A DNA stretch of 64,000 bases from Vampirovibrio sp. (GCF_041737375.1 NZ_JBGSRV010000006.1:134022-198021), one strand, 5' to 3'. Numbered from the stretch's first letter, positions 18,270-28,373 are shown. Program-made: numbers and translations. The notes: a model not told the origin generated them from the sequence alone.

Positions 18270-18689
18270 GTGTGGTTTGGTATGAAGTTACCCATGAAAG
18301 TTGCTGGCCTGTGCTGGAGCATTACGTTTTTAGTGACCTCAGTGCCGGGTTTTTACCAACAAACCCGGCCTATGGATTTTGCGGCCATCACCACCGAAAG
18401 TTTTTCGGGAATGGCGATTGTGGAAACGCTGGCGGTTAGCCTGCTTGGTTCTTTTGCGGCGGCCATTATCGGTTTTATGATTGGGGATATTCTGTCTAAT
18501 CCCCACGGAACCCCGAATGACAACAAAAAAGAAGGGGCTTCTTCGGGCTTGCCTGCGACGGATGGAAATGGAAATATGGGTTCTCCCGCTGAGTTGGCTT
18601 TGGGCAAAAAGCTTGACGATTTATACCCGGAAGACCCACCGGAGCCGGAATTGGAGGGGGAGCCACCTACTCCTGACACCAGTTCCTGA
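18270..18689 (+). CDS. Hypothetical membrane protein with acidic Pro/Glu-rich C-terminus
   Basis: ORF with two hydrophobic segments immediately downstream of flhA. No recognisable family. Confidence 0.3.
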   Translation: MWFGMKLPMKVAGLCWSITFLVTSVPGFYQQTRPMDFAAITTESFSGMAIVETLAVSLLGSFAAAIIGFMIGDILSNPHGTPNDNKKEGASSGLPATDGNGNMGSPAELALGKKLDDLYPEDPPEPELEGEPPTPDTSS

Positions 18690-18833
18690 TTTCGGTTTGA
18701 ACCGGCCAATTTCCCCTTTTTGGCCAACTGTTGTTATAATGGGGTATTGAGTCAAGGCGATGCTGGAAAAGTATTAAAGCTTTCAGGGTTTCGTCCGATT
18801 TAATAATTACCGTTTTCCCCAAAGGAAAAAGGT

Positions 18834-20765
18834 GTGTTGGAACTCAATTCGCAAGGTTACATGGGTACAGTCGAACCTCCAGGCACTCCAAGGCCAACCG
18901 ATTATCCCGCAACACCGACTTTCATCGGCCCTCGAGATAATGCCTTTCAGCATGCCGAATCCTCCCTATGGGTGGCGTTTCTGGTTAACCTTGCCGTGGG
19001 CGGCATTAAGTTTTTGGCCTGGTGGTTTTCCCGCAGTCCGTCCATGTTTAGTGAAAGTTTGCACTCCTTTGGTGATGCGGTAAACAGTATTGCCCTGATT
19101 TTGGGTAACAAGTTCAGCCAGAAGCCGCCGGATCGAACCCATCCCTTTGGCTATGGGCTGGAAGCCAACGTTTGGGCCTTAGCGGCCTGTGTGTTCTTAA
19201 TTGCCACCTCCGCCTGGGCCATTTCCGAAGGTTTTCATCACCTCACCTCTCCCGATGCCATTACCTTGCAAGGGTATGTGTTATCGGCCACCATTCTAAT
19301 CATCAGTATTGGGTTGGAAATTGTGGCGGTTCGCCGTGCCTCTCAGGCCGTTTTGGAAGAGATGCAGATTAAAACGCAAAATGAATTTCAAACCTTTGCG
19401 CTGGCCTATCGCAACATTAAAAATGTGCTTAGCCCCACCACCCGGTTTGTGTTTTATGAAGACAATATCGCGCTGTTAGGTGCTTTTTTGGCCCTAATCG
19501 CCATCTCCATCTCCTTCTTCTCGGTGGAGTCCGGGTGGATTTCAGCGGAAGCCCTGGAGTCTAATTTGTTTGCGGCTGTATTAACCCGATTTGACGCTAT
19601 TGTGTCCATTGTTATCGGTTTTCTGCTAGCGGGTATGGCCATTTACCTGTTTCGTCATAACCGGGGCATTCTTACCCAAACCTCGGCTTCTCCCAAAGTG
19701 GAGAAAAAAATTACCGATTTGGTCACCAGTATGCACGGTGTCTCCGAAATTCTGGATTTAAAAACCCTGGATCACGGCATTGCCGGCTTGACTATTCACT
19801 TGCAAGTGCAGGTGGATCCTTATATTCAGGTAAAAGACGTGGATGATCTTACGGACCGCATCAAGGACAAGATTCAGGCCCGCATTGCACAGGCTTCTCA
19901 AGTGTTTGTGGAAGTTTTGGCCGATGAATCTGAAATTGAATGGGGCGAAAAGTTTAATTCACTGGTAGAGCAAGGCCGCAAAGAAGGCGTACTGGATGCC
20001 CGCTCCGAAATTTTGCTGAAAAACGTCTACGATTTCAGCGAAGCCACGGTAAAAGACATTATGATTCCCCGGATTGATGTGGAATATGTGGAAGTGGAAA
20101 CCCCGTTGTCTGAAGTGGCCGATTTGATGATAGAAAGTGGCCATTCCCGGTTGCCCGTGTTTAAGGAAAACGTGGATGATCTGGTGGGGCTGGTTCACTC
20201 TCGGGATGTGTTTGACCTGATTCGCAAAAACCAGATGGACACCCCGCTGGCCAATGTGGTTCGGGAAATTGATATTTTTCCTGAAAACAAGGGCATTAGC
20301 GACTTACTGGAAGACTTTAAGCGCAACAAAATCCGCATTGCGGCGGTGGCCGATGAACATGGCGGTTTTGCCGGTTTGGTAACCGTTGAGGATGTGATTG
20401 AAGAGATTATTGGTGAAATTTGGGATGAGCATGAAGAGGAAGAACCCATGTTCACCTTTATGGGAACCAACCGGGTTAAGGTGAACGGCAAGTTTGAAAT
20501 TGAGGATTTAAACGATAAGTTAAACCTCAATATTCCGTTTGATGATTTCAAAACCATTGGCGGCTATGTGTTTGGTGAACTGGGCCGGGAGCCTGAACAG
20601 GGCGATGAAGTGGACTTTGAGGATTTGAAGTTTACAGTAGATGAGGCCGATGGCCCCCGTATCGTGAGCGTGATTATTGATTCCCCGGTGCCCTTCGAGG
20701 TGAAAACGGAAGAATCTGAAACCCGCAACGGCAGAAGCAATGGGGAAATGAAGTCGGCCAGCTAA
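18834..20765 (+). CDS. Cation diffusion facilitator (CDF) transporter fused to a CBS-pair and CorC/HlyC C-terminal domain
   Basis: CDF TMD motifs (HSFGDAVNSIALI...THPFGYGLEA), the CDF cytoplasmic domain, two CBS motifs, and the CorC_HlyC-like terminal domain (GLVTVEDVIEEIIGEI). Confidence 0.7.
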   Translation: MLELNSQGYMGTVEPPGTPRPTDYPATPTFIGPRDNAFQHAESSLWVAFLVNLAVGGIKFLAWWFSRSPSMFSESLHSFGDAVNSIALILGNKFSQKPPDRTHPFGYGLEANVWALAACVFLIATSAWAISEGFHHLTSPDAITLQGYVLSATILIISIGLEIVAVRRASQAVLEEMQIKTQNEFQTFALAYRNIKNVLSPTTRFVFYEDNIALLGAFLALIAISISFFSVESGWISAEALESNLFAAVLTRFDAIVSIVIGFLLAGMAIYLFRHNRGILTQTSASPKVEKKITDLVTSMHGVSEILDLKTLDHGIAGLTIHLQVQVDPYIQVKDVDDLTDRIKDKIQARIAQASQVFVEVLADESEIEWGEKFNSLVEQGRKEGVLDARSEILLKNVYDFSEATVKDIMIPRIDVEYVEVETPLSEVADLMIESGHSRLPVFKENVDDLVGLVHSRDVFDLIRKNQMDTPLANVVREIDIFPENKGISDLLEDFKRNKIRIAAVADEHGGFAGLVTVEDVIEEIIGEIWDEHEEEEPMFTFMGTNRVKVNGKFEIEDLNDKLNLNIPFDDFKTIGGYVFGELGREPEQGDEVDFEDLKFTVDEADGPRIVSVIIDSPVPFEVKTEESETRNGRSNGEMKSAS

Positions 20766-21682
20766 TCGCCTAGTTTTAAGCCTTTGCCCGTATGGGTGGG
20801 TATGCAGGTGGCGGCCAGTTTCAGGTCTTGCCATTCCTCAGGGCTCATCAGCGGTCGTTCATTGAGGCTGGGTGGGGTGTTTAGGATGGCTTGCTCTACA
20901 GAGCGCTGGCGGGTGGGCAGGGCCGGGTGGTCTTCGCCAAATACTTTCCATTGAATTTCCGTCCATAAAGACGCTTTGCCCATATCTTGCTTCATGTTGG
21001 AAAAGGCGGTGGTGTAGCCCATCGGGGTGTATCCGGCTCGTTTTAGCAGGTGAATGGCGTTTACGTCCGCTCGGGCTTCGTCTTTGCGCTCCTGAAAGGC
21101 AAACCATTGAAATGCCGCTGCTGGGGCCGCAATGGAAATAAAGATTCCTTTTAAAAGGCTGCGAGCTTGTAGAAGCCAGGTGCTAGCCTCTTCCAGTACC
21201 AGTGCTGCCGTAGTAGCAAGCCCATAACGCTTTTTGCGGGCTTTGGCGTCTTCAAACTGAACGTGAGAAAGTTCATGGGCCAGCACAAAGGCCAATTCTT
21301 CCGGGGATTTGGCCCGCTTTAAGGTATCCAGATTGAAGATAACCGTACCGTTGCTAAAGGCCGCCGCGTTGTAACTGGGCTTGTTCACAATCTGAATGTT
21401 AAAAGCCTGCTGAATGCCCCCTGCTTTGGCCAATCGGTTGGCAATGCGGGTTAGGGGAATGGTGGCCTCTGGCAGCTCAATGGGTTTGGAGTGCTTTAAA
21501 ACCAGTTCATCAATTTTGCTGGAAGATTTTTTGGGAAGCGGTGTTGGGTAGTCTACATCGCTTTCAGTGGCGGCGTACATGCCAAGGGTGGTTACTGGAG
21601 GCTGTGTTACCCAGACAGGCGGCTGTGGCCGATAAGGTTGGGGTTGGGCTGCGTAAAAATTGCCAAGGCTTGAAATAGACAT
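20762..21682 (-). CDS. Zn-metalloprotease, M48-like (HExxH), with Pro-rich N-terminal region
   Basis: FVLAHELSHVQFED carries HELSH, and a downstream Glu is consistent with the M48/M56 fold. The N-terminus is proline-rich (PQPYRPQPPVWVTQPP). Confidence 0.5.
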   Translation of the reverse strand: MSISSLGNFYAAQPQPYRPQPPVWVTQPPVTTLGMYAATESDVDYPTPLPKKSSSKIDELVLKHSKPIELPEATIPLTRIANRLAKAGGIQQAFNIQIVNKPSYNAAAFSNGTVIFNLDTLKRAKSPEELAFVLAHELSHVQFEDAKARKKRYGLATTAALVLEEASTWLLQARSLLKGIFISIAAPAAAFQWFAFQERKDEARADVNAIHLLKRAGYTPMGYTTAFSNMKQDMGKASLWTEIQWKVFGEDHPALPTRQRSVEQAILNTPPSLNERPLMSPEEWQDLKLAATCIPTHTGKGLKLGD

Positions 21683-21764
21683 AACACCCCACTGAATTAA
21701 ATTGGCTGGTCAATTGATTAAAATGTACTGCGCGGGTGCTGTAAAATCCAGCCTGTTTGAAAAG

Positions 21765-22445
21765 TTATAGGGTTTTTAATGGCTGCCGCTGTGCTGCTAA
21801 TACTTGCATCACTTGTTGGTGCAGGGCTTGCTGACTGTCCAGCGCGTTAAAAATATGGATTCGCTCGGGCTCTTGTTGGGCCAGTGCTAAAAAACCTTCC
21901 CGTACCTTGCGGTGGAATTCCGCTTTTTCGCCTTCCAGTCGATCGGCTTGCCCACGTTGGGTGACCCGTTGGGCCAGAACATGGGGGTCGGCGTCAAATA
22001 ACAGGGTCAAGTCCGGCTTTTTGCCCTGAATGGCAATCTGGTTCAGTTCCTGAATGGTTTCAATGGAGAGCCCTCGCCCATAGCCCTGATAGGCCAGTGT
22101 GGAGTCCATATGCCGATCGCAAAGCACCATTTTGCCTTGCGCCAGCGCCGGGAATACCACTTCATCCATGTGCTGTGCCCGATCGGCGATAAACAACAGC
22201 AGTTCGCTCATGGGGAATACGGTTTGCTTAGAGTGCAGCAGTATTTCCCGCAGCTCCATCCCAAAGGGGGTGCCGCCCGGATTTCGGGTAATCACCACGC
22301 TTTGGCCGCTGGCTTGCAATGCCTGGGCGCACAAGGCCAGCTGGGTAGATTTGCCGGAGCCGTCAATTCCCTCAAACGTGATTAATAAACCCTGTTTTTG
22401 TGTTAAGCCCATGCGCGTATCATCCACCCTGCCAATTGATTGCAA
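21765..22445 (-). CDS. tmk: Thymidylate kinase
   Basis: ITFEGIDGSGKSTQ P-loop, a DRxxxS(T) motif (LCDRHMDST), and a length typical of the family. Confidence 0.85.
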   Translation of the reverse strand: MQSIGRVDDTRMGLTQKQGLLITFEGIDGSGKSTQLALCAQALQASGQSVVITRNPGGTPFGMELREILLHSKQTVFPMSELLLFIADRAQHMDEVVFPALAQGKMVLCDRHMDSTLAYQGYGRGLSIETIQELNQIAIQGKKPDLTLLFDADPHVLAQRVTQRGQADRLEGEKAEFHRKVREGFLALAQQEPERIHIFNALDSQQALHQQVMQVLAAQRQPLKTL

Positions 22446-22483
22446 GCGTTTATTATAAACAAAGCAGGCGGCTGGCGGGGATG

Positions 22484-24196
22484 TTAATCCCGGTTTTTGA
22501 GCGGCAGCACTTTTAGGCGGCGATTGGGCTCATCCCCAATGCTCACACTGGTTAAATGGTGCCTTTCCACCAGCTCATGCTGAATGCGGCGGATATAGGA
22601 GCGTCTGGGGGCCAATTCAATGGCGATTTTTTCAGCCAGCGCCATGTCTACCGCTTCTTGCGCTTCCCGTAAGGCCAGTTCCATTTCATCTTCAAACGGG
22701 GTTTGAATCATTTGTCCGGCAAAAGCGCCTACTTCCGCATCCAGCGCTTCTCTCAGCGCCCGCTGGATTTGGGGCATGGTGTTGGTTTTGGCGTAATACA
22801 CCGGTACTTCGTAATCCTGAGCCAGTTTTAAAATTTTAGAGCCCGGTCGGGCGTTGGCCTTTATGGCAATGACCGCATTGGCGTCGTACACGTTTTTGGT
22901 AATGCGGATGTGGTGCATATTCAGCCGCTCTAAAATACGATCCAGATAGGACTTGCTGACCCCGTAAACAAAAACACGATACTCTTCCTGCCCCACCGGC
23001 AGCGCCGAATCATCCCGGGGATGCTCGGAGAAATCGCCGGGGTTGAAGCTGCCTGCCGGGGGGTCCATCATTTGGGTGGGCATGACTTCAAAGTTGGTTT
23101 TCAGTACTTTGGTGGCCCCGGTTTCAGCGTCCACCCGTCGAATTTCTGGAAACAAGGTCCAGCCCCTCAGCAGGTGATCCACCGCTTCGGCCACATCCGG
23201 GTAAACCGCCAGTGTGTTGCGATCCCGGATTTCAATACAGATGTCAAAAGTCGGCTTTTTGGCTCGCTCCTGAATGGTTTTTTGAGAGGCCCGCCGCTTG
23301 GCTTCCTCATCGCCCAGGGTCACGGTTTGAATGCCCCCGGCCAAATCCGACAACATGGGGTTTTTGACCAGATTTTCCAGGGTGTGCCCGTGGGCGGTGG
23401 CCACCAGAATAACGCCCCGTTCGGCGATGGTGCGGGCGGCCATGGCTTCATCCTCGGTGCCGATTTCATCCACGATGATCACTTCCGGGGTGTGGTTTTG
23501 TACCGCTTCAATCATGGTTTCTTTCTGGCGCTCTCGGTGAGGCACCTGAATACGGCGGGCTCGGCCCACCGCCGGGTGTGGAATATCGCCATCCCCCGCA
23601 ATTTCGTTGGAGGTATCCACGATTACCACCCGTTTTTGAGACTCTCCGGCCAGCAGCATGGCGATTTCCCGGAGCCGGGAGGTTTTGCCCACCCCCGGAC
23701 GGCCCAGCAGCAGAACGCTTTTGCCGCTTTCAATAATATCTTTAATGGGATCAACCGTTCCGGTAACCAGTTTCCCCACTCGGCAGGTCAGGCCTACAAT
23801 ATCGCCTTGCCGGTTTCGCATGGCGCTGATACGGTGCAGGGTTCGGGGGATGCCAGCCCGGTTATCGCTGGTAAAGTAACCCATGTGTTTAACCACATGG
23901 TGGATTTCGTCCAACGTGACCTGTTGTTCGCCCAGTTCCAAAATGTTGCCTTCTGAAAACCGGGCCTCGGCCATGCGGCCCAGATCCATAACAATTTCTA
24001 TCAAGTCATCCAGATCCACCGCTTGAATGGCTCGGCGGAGCCGCTCGGGCAGAATGTCGATGAGTAGTTGGAGATCAGTAGCGATGGCGCTTTCCTCAAA
24101 TAAAACAGGATTGACGGATGGCGGATTCGATACATGGGGTGAGTTTAACGGCTGCAGAAAATTTCTGCTCGCATGTGCAGGCTTTTTCAGAGTCAC
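22484..24196 (-). CDS. AAA-family ATPase with C-terminal R3H nucleic-acid-binding domain (Ycf45/SpoIIIAA-like)
   Basis: Walker A LLGRPGVGKTS, Walker B VIIVDEIG, and a C-terminal R3H-like segment (IAIELAPRRSYIRRIQHELVERHHLTSVSIGDEPNRRLKVLP). Confidence 0.6.
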   Translation of the reverse strand: MTLKKPAHASRNFLQPLNSPHVSNPPSVNPVLFEESAIATDLQLLIDILPERLRRAIQAVDLDDLIEIVMDLGRMAEARFSEGNILELGEQQVTLDEIHHVVKHMGYFTSDNRAGIPRTLHRISAMRNRQGDIVGLTCRVGKLVTGTVDPIKDIIESGKSVLLLGRPGVGKTSRLREIAMLLAGESQKRVVIVDTSNEIAGDGDIPHPAVGRARRIQVPHRERQKETMIEAVQNHTPEVIIVDEIGTEDEAMAARTIAERGVILVATAHGHTLENLVKNPMLSDLAGGIQTVTLGDEEAKRRASQKTIQERAKKPTFDICIEIRDRNTLAVYPDVAEAVDHLLRGWTLFPEIRRVDAETGATKVLKTNFEVMPTQMMDPPAGSFNPGDFSEHPRDDSALPVGQEEYRVFVYGVSKSYLDRILERLNMHHIRITKNVYDANAVIAIKANARPGSKILKLAQDYEVPVYYAKTNTMPQIQRALREALDAEVGAFAGQMIQTPFEDEMELALREAQEAVDMALAEKIAIELAPRRSYIRRIQHELVERHHLTSVSIGDEPNRRLKVLPLKNRD

Positions 24197-24360
24197 TTTC
24201 CCTTTCGAACTTTTTCCCTCTTACTTTCATTATATCGTATGGTTGGATGATTGTCTTAAAATTGGAAAAGCCCTGTTTGAAACTTTACTTTCGATTGGAT
24301 AGTTTCTATTTTCGTTGGTATTGAGGTGGATGATTTGGGTGGATTGCAGGGGAAAGCATT

Positions 24361-25383
24361 TTAGAGGCGCCGGTCTGCGGATCGGCTTTGAAATGCCTGT
24401 GTGATTTGGGTGGCCACCGCTAGCGCCTCTGGTTCGTTCAGATTCCAGACCGCTTGCCGAGCCACGGTTCCCATGCCCGCCCCGGCGATCCATTGATAAG
24501 GCGCTTGTTGCAGCAGGCAAGCTGTTTGTTGGTTAATCCCCCCGGAAATGGTTATGGGAGGCGCTTGTAAGTTGTTTTTCTCAAAAATATGTCTGGCTCT
24601 CACTGCTGCTTCCAAGGCGGGCAAGGAAGCTTCCAAGTGCGTGGTTCCCGACATGGGGAGTCCGTCTATCTGGAGCAGTATGGGCATAGCATGGCGCCGC
24701 TGGGCGGTTTGCACAAAGCTCAGTACTTGCGGGTCATCGGGCTGGTCCAGCCGAAAGCAAAGCGCTACGAGCTTATTGTGTAATAAATGTCCCCAGCGAT
24801 TTAAAAAAGCCTCCAGCATATAGGCATCCACAAAGTGGCTATGGATTTCCACGGCTTCGGTGGCCGGATGCTTCAGCGCTGCTTCAATCTGACTTTCCAC
24901 CTGAAAGGGCAGCAATCGTAAGGCATCGGTGGGGCAGGTGGGAACGCATCGCCCGCAGCCATAACATAGATTTTGAGACACTTCCAGCGCACTGGACAGG
25001 GTAAAGGCTTCTGTGGGACAAACCGGCAGGCAAAGTCCGCAGCCAATGCAGTCGGCTTCGGTCAGTTCGATTTTTCGGAAATGCGGGTCGGCATCCAGTG
25101 GAATGCTGACCATGATCACCGGTTTTGGGCCTTGTACCGATTGCACCGCCCGCCATACGGTTTCAATCAGGGCTGCATCGGGGGCAATGTCAATGCAATC
25201 GACCCCGGCTCGACTGTAGATGTTGCTGAGCTGGGCGATTTTATCCCCTTCCGTAAAGCTACCGCCCCCAATCAGTTTAAAAAAGCGGCGCTCATCCAGC
25301 GCACGAACCATGCGGGCTTGGCTTTCGCTGAGCGAGGGGGGGGATTGGGGTTGGGGTAATGGGAATGCGGAAAATGTCATCAT
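24361..25383 (-). CDS. Iron-sulfur protein with two CxxCxxCxxxCP [4Fe-4S] motifs (LdpA-like)
   Basis: KLIGGGS region, then CIGCGLCLPVCP and CYGCGRCVPTCP. The architecture resembles the cyanobacterial LdpA family; the name assignment is from memory and unverified. Confidence 0.45.
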   Translation of the reverse strand: MMTFSAFPLPQPQSPPSLSESQARMVRALDERRFFKLIGGGSFTEGDKIAQLSNIYSRAGVDCIDIAPDAALIETVWRAVQSVQGPKPVIMVSIPLDADPHFRKIELTEADCIGCGLCLPVCPTEAFTLSSALEVSQNLCYGCGRCVPTCPTDALRLLPFQVESQIEAALKHPATEAVEIHSHFVDAYMLEAFLNRWGHLLHNKLVALCFRLDQPDDPQVLSFVQTAQRRHAMPILLQIDGLPMSGTTHLEASLPALEAAVRARHIFEKNNLQAPPITISGGINQQTACLLQQAPYQWIAGAGMGTVARQAVWNLNEPEALAVATQITQAFQSRSADRRL

Positions 25384-25512
25384 TCCACCTTAGCCAAAGG
25401 AGAGGCTCGGTTCAACATGAGCCCGCCGGGTCATGCTGTTTTTATGGGGGTGTCTTGTTCGCTGAGTGTGGTTTGAGGTATAAAAGGAATTCATCTTCTA
25501 GTCATTTTTCAT

Positions 25513-25588
<76 letters not shown>

Positions 25589-25845
25589 ATATCTAGCGGC
25601 TTTTGTGCTGCTTTTTGTTTTTATAGGGTTCTTTTTGTCGCCGTTTTGTCGCAGTTCATCAAAATATAAAGCAAGCAGCGACTGCAAATTTTATTTACGT
25701 ACTCATTTATATTAATGAGGCGATTAAAAATGTGCAATATTGCCCAGTTGTCATAATATATAGTATGTAATGTGTTCTATTTTTTTGTTCATTGATTTAG
25801 GCTTATTTTACGAAGTATGAGTCTGGTTTTATTTGGGAAAGTGCT

Positions 25846-26592
25846 ATGAAAAAAGAATTGATCGAGCTCTTGAGAAAAAATTTCGAAGAATATGCCCAAA
25901 TGGAGGGAGATGTAGAGTTTTGGTATGCTCGAGATCTGCAACACCTTTTAGACTACGACGAGTGGCGTAATTTTTTAAATGTTATAAACAAAGCCAAAAT
26001 TGCTTGTGAGGTTGTGGGTCAACAAATTGTAGACCATTTTGTTGATACCAACAAAATGGTTGAAATTGGCTCAGGGACAGAAAGAAGTGTGCTTGATATC
26101 AAGCTGACTCGATATGCTTGCTATTTGATCGCTCAAAATGGCGATCCGGGTAAGGGACAGATTGCTTTTGCGCAGACGTACTTTGCCATTCAGACCAGAA
26201 AACAGGAGGTTTTGGAAGCTCGACTATTACTTCAAGAACGACTTCAGGCGAGAGAACAACTTACCGCTAGTGAAACAGAGCTCTCTAAGAATATTTATGA
26301 GCGTGGTGTTGATAGTCAGGGCTTCGGCAACATTCGGAGCAAAGGCGATCAAGCGCTTTTTGGTGGCTACAACACCTCCCAAATGAAAGACAAGTTAAAT
26401 ATCCCCCCACGTCGAGCGCTGGCAGACTTTCTTCCAACCGTGACTATTACGGCAAAAAATCTTGCAACTGAAATTACAAATCATAATGTTAGACGAGATG
26501 ATTTATACGGAGAAGTTCAAATTACGGATGAGCACGTGCAGAATAATCAAAACATCCGAGAACTGTTAGAAAAGAGTGGTATTAAACCATAA
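25846..26592 (+). CDS. dinD: DinD-like DNA-damage-inducible protein (BRO-N/KilA-type domain); C-terminal 20 aa cut off by an in-frame TAA
   Basis: Colinear with E. coli DinD (EFWYARDL..WRNF..., YACYLIAQNGDP, QTYFAIQTR). Sequence after the TAA at 26590 continues in frame as ELPPEEDIKKLERRVKSEEKK, matching the DinD C-terminus. Confidence 0.7.
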   Translation: MKKELIELLRKNFEEYAQMEGDVEFWYARDLQHLLDYDEWRNFLNVINKAKIACEVVGQQIVDHFVDTNKMVEIGSGTERSVLDIKLTRYACYLIAQNGDPGKGQIAFAQTYFAIQTRKQEVLEARLLLQERLQAREQLTASETELSKNIYERGVDSQGFGNIRSKGDQALFGGYNTSQMKDKLNIPPRRALADFLPTVTITAKNLATEITNHNVRRDDLYGEVQITDEHVQNNQNIRELLEKSGIKP

Positions 26593-26776
26593 GAGCTGCC
26601 GCCAGAAGAAGATATCAAAAAGTTGGAAAGGCGCGTGAAATCCGAGGAGAAAAAGTTTTTAAAAGAGGTCAGACCTTTGCTGCCTGTCGTTGACAATTAG
26701 AAAGCGAATATGATTTTGGTAGAGGGCTATTTTTTTAGGCGTTCAAAAAACTTGAATGCGTTCTGTGTTACGGATT

Positions 26777-27493
26777 TCACTTAAAAATGCGTCTTAGGCG
26801 CCATAGAATGAAGCGTTCGGAGGGCAGGGTTTTATCGGTGTTTCTTAAGGTGTCAATCAGGGTGTTGGCTTCCAGTCGCAAGGGGGTGTTTTCTGTGGCT
26901 AACAGCACTTCGGGATAGTGGGCATTCAGCAGTAAAAGCACAATATGGCGGTCTTGTGAGAATTTTAAACGGCCAATAAACCCCAATTGATCCACCCCTT
27001 TGGGTTGAGCAATTTTTAAATTGGCCAACTGATTTTCAGCAGCGTTTGAGCGAAGGGGCTGGATTTTTAGCGAGATGGGGACCGAAAGGGGGCTAGCAAT
27101 TGGCATGGTTGGGCCCGCCTGGGTGAGCAGGGTTTTGGCAAGCCGCCCCAAATCCTCGGTTAAATAAAAAGAACGCTGATCAGCTTGGCGAATGTCAATG
27201 AGGATGACCTGAGACTGGGTTTTCGGGTTCTCTAAAAAAGCGTAAAACCCAACCGCCTCATTGGATGTCGTATTCAATGCTTGAGACGAGGTGGCCTCAT
27301 AAGGGGCGGGTAGGCCATTTGAAAAAATAGCATCCAGTGCGCTTTGATTCACCGGGCTGGATAAATCTGCCCAGCTGCTGGCAATAAGCGCTGCATGCAT
27401 CAGCAGGCCGGTAAAGCCGAGGGTGAGGCATAATTTTTTCATAGTGCCTAATGTATCACATCTTTTTTGAACGATGCCACCCAGGGCAAGCAC
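26777..27493 (-). CDS. Secreted hypothetical protein (signal peptide)
   Basis: MKKLCLTLGFTGLLMHAALIASSWA signal. No recognisable domain. Confidence 0.35.
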   Translation of the reverse strand: MLALGGIVQKRCDTLGTMKKLCLTLGFTGLLMHAALIASSWADLSSPVNQSALDAIFSNGLPAPYEATSSQALNTTSNEAVGFYAFLENPKTQSQVILIDIRQADQRSFYLTEDLGRLAKTLLTQAGPTMPIASPLSVPISLKIQPLRSNAAENQLANLKIAQPKGVDQLGFIGRLKFSQDRHIVLLLLNAHYPEVLLATENTPLRLEANTLIDTLRNTDKTLPSERFILWRLRRIFK

Positions 27494-27645
27494 GGCTGGG
27501 GGCGTTCTGGAAACGGGGCCATAGGCCCGTTGTTTCTGTTTGTTTGGAGAAAGCGGGGCATTCCGTTAGAATCAAACGCAAGCCCACTCGATTATTCTCA
27601 ACGAATGGATACTTTTACACGCGCTATTTTAATAAGGATGTAAGC

Positions 27646-28080
27646 ATGACCGATTATACGTTTGATATGCCCAAAGTGGTAGACACCCTGAACCGCATTG
27701 TGGAAATGGAACTGGCGGGTGTGGTTCGCTACACGCACTATTCCTTTATGGTGTTTGGCCCTAACCGTATTCCCATTACCTCCTGGCTGCGCGATCAGGC
27801 CAGTGAGTCTCTGGTTCACGCTCAGGAAAGCGGTGAGTTGATTACTTACCTGGGAGAACACCCATCGCTGGGCATTGGACAGCTCCTGGAAACCCACAAG
27901 CACGATATTTTCAGCATTCTGGAAGAGTCTCTCATTCATGAGTCCCGCCAAATGCAGCTGTATCAGGATTTGCTGGATTTGGTAAAAGACAAATCGGTGA
28001 TGTTTGAGGAGTTTGCCCGCCGCATGGTTGCCGAAGAGGAAACCCACATTGGCGAAGTTCGTAAAATGATGCGCAAGTAG
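27646..28080 (+). CDS. bfr: Bacterioferritin (ferritin-like diiron protein)
   Basis: VVDTLNRIVEMELAGVVRYTHYSFMVFG...EHP...EESLIHESRQ...EEETHIGEV follows the bacterioferritin helix/ligand pattern. The ORF track begins at 27451, but the ATG at 27646 fits the family length (144 aa). Confidence 0.7.
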   Translation: MTDYTFDMPKVVDTLNRIVEMELAGVVRYTHYSFMVFGPNRIPITSWLRDQASESLVHAQESGELITYLGEHPSLGIGQLLETHKHDIFSILEESLIHESRQMQLYQDLLDLVKDKSVMFEEFARRMVAEEETHIGEVRKMMRK

Positions 28081-28099
28081 AGCCTCCTCACTAAAAAAT

Positions 28100-28138
28100 G
28101 CCACCCGCACCCGTCTCACTGGCGGGTGCTTTGGTTTA
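28100..28138 (+). terminator. Rho-independent terminator after bfr (cacccgc-N12-gcgggtg + ctttggttt)
   Basis: 7-bp GC-rich stem followed by a U-rich tract. Confidence 0.5.
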
Positions 28139-28173
28139 AAAGCGGCAGTGGCCATGGCATGCCAAACAACCCC

Positions 28174-28207
28174 TTGACAGCAAAGTGGCAGTCTCGGCTA
28201 CTATATA
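28174..28207 (+). promoter_or_regulatory. Putative sigma70-type promoter of the trp operon (TTGACA ... TACTAT/TATATA)
   Basis: Exact TTGACA hexamer at 28174-79 and an A/T-rich TAcTAT -10 candidate ~19 nt downstream, ~35-40 nt before the leader ORF. Spacing is slightly long. Confidence 0.35.
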
Positions 28208-28241
28208 GTAGAATTAAAATCAGTTTAAAAAATAAGTATGG

Positions 28242-28340
28242 ATGATGATGCGTTTCCTGCAATCCCAACCGGCCAATTTAACACAGTGGTGGTGGCTTCG
28301 CCTAACTACTGGCCTGCCGTGCTGGGTTGATTGTCGTTAA
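28242..28340 (+). CDS. trpL: trp operon leader peptide (MMMRFLQSQPANLTQWWWLRLTTGLPCWVDCR) with three consecutive Trp codons
   Basis: A 32-codon ORF has TGG TGG TGG at 28287-28295 plus a fourth Trp. It lies 110 nt upstream of trpE and is followed by a terminator hairpin. Confidence 0.6.
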   Translation: MMMRFLQSQPANLTQWWWLRLTTGLPCWVDCR

Positions 28341-28373
28341 TCATCGTCATTCCTTCCCCACATTCCCAAGAGA

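Noticed and set aside
23021-23956. 311-aa plus-strand ORF
   Set aside because: Antisense within the R3H/AAA ATPase gene. Its Gly/His-rich composition has no motifs.
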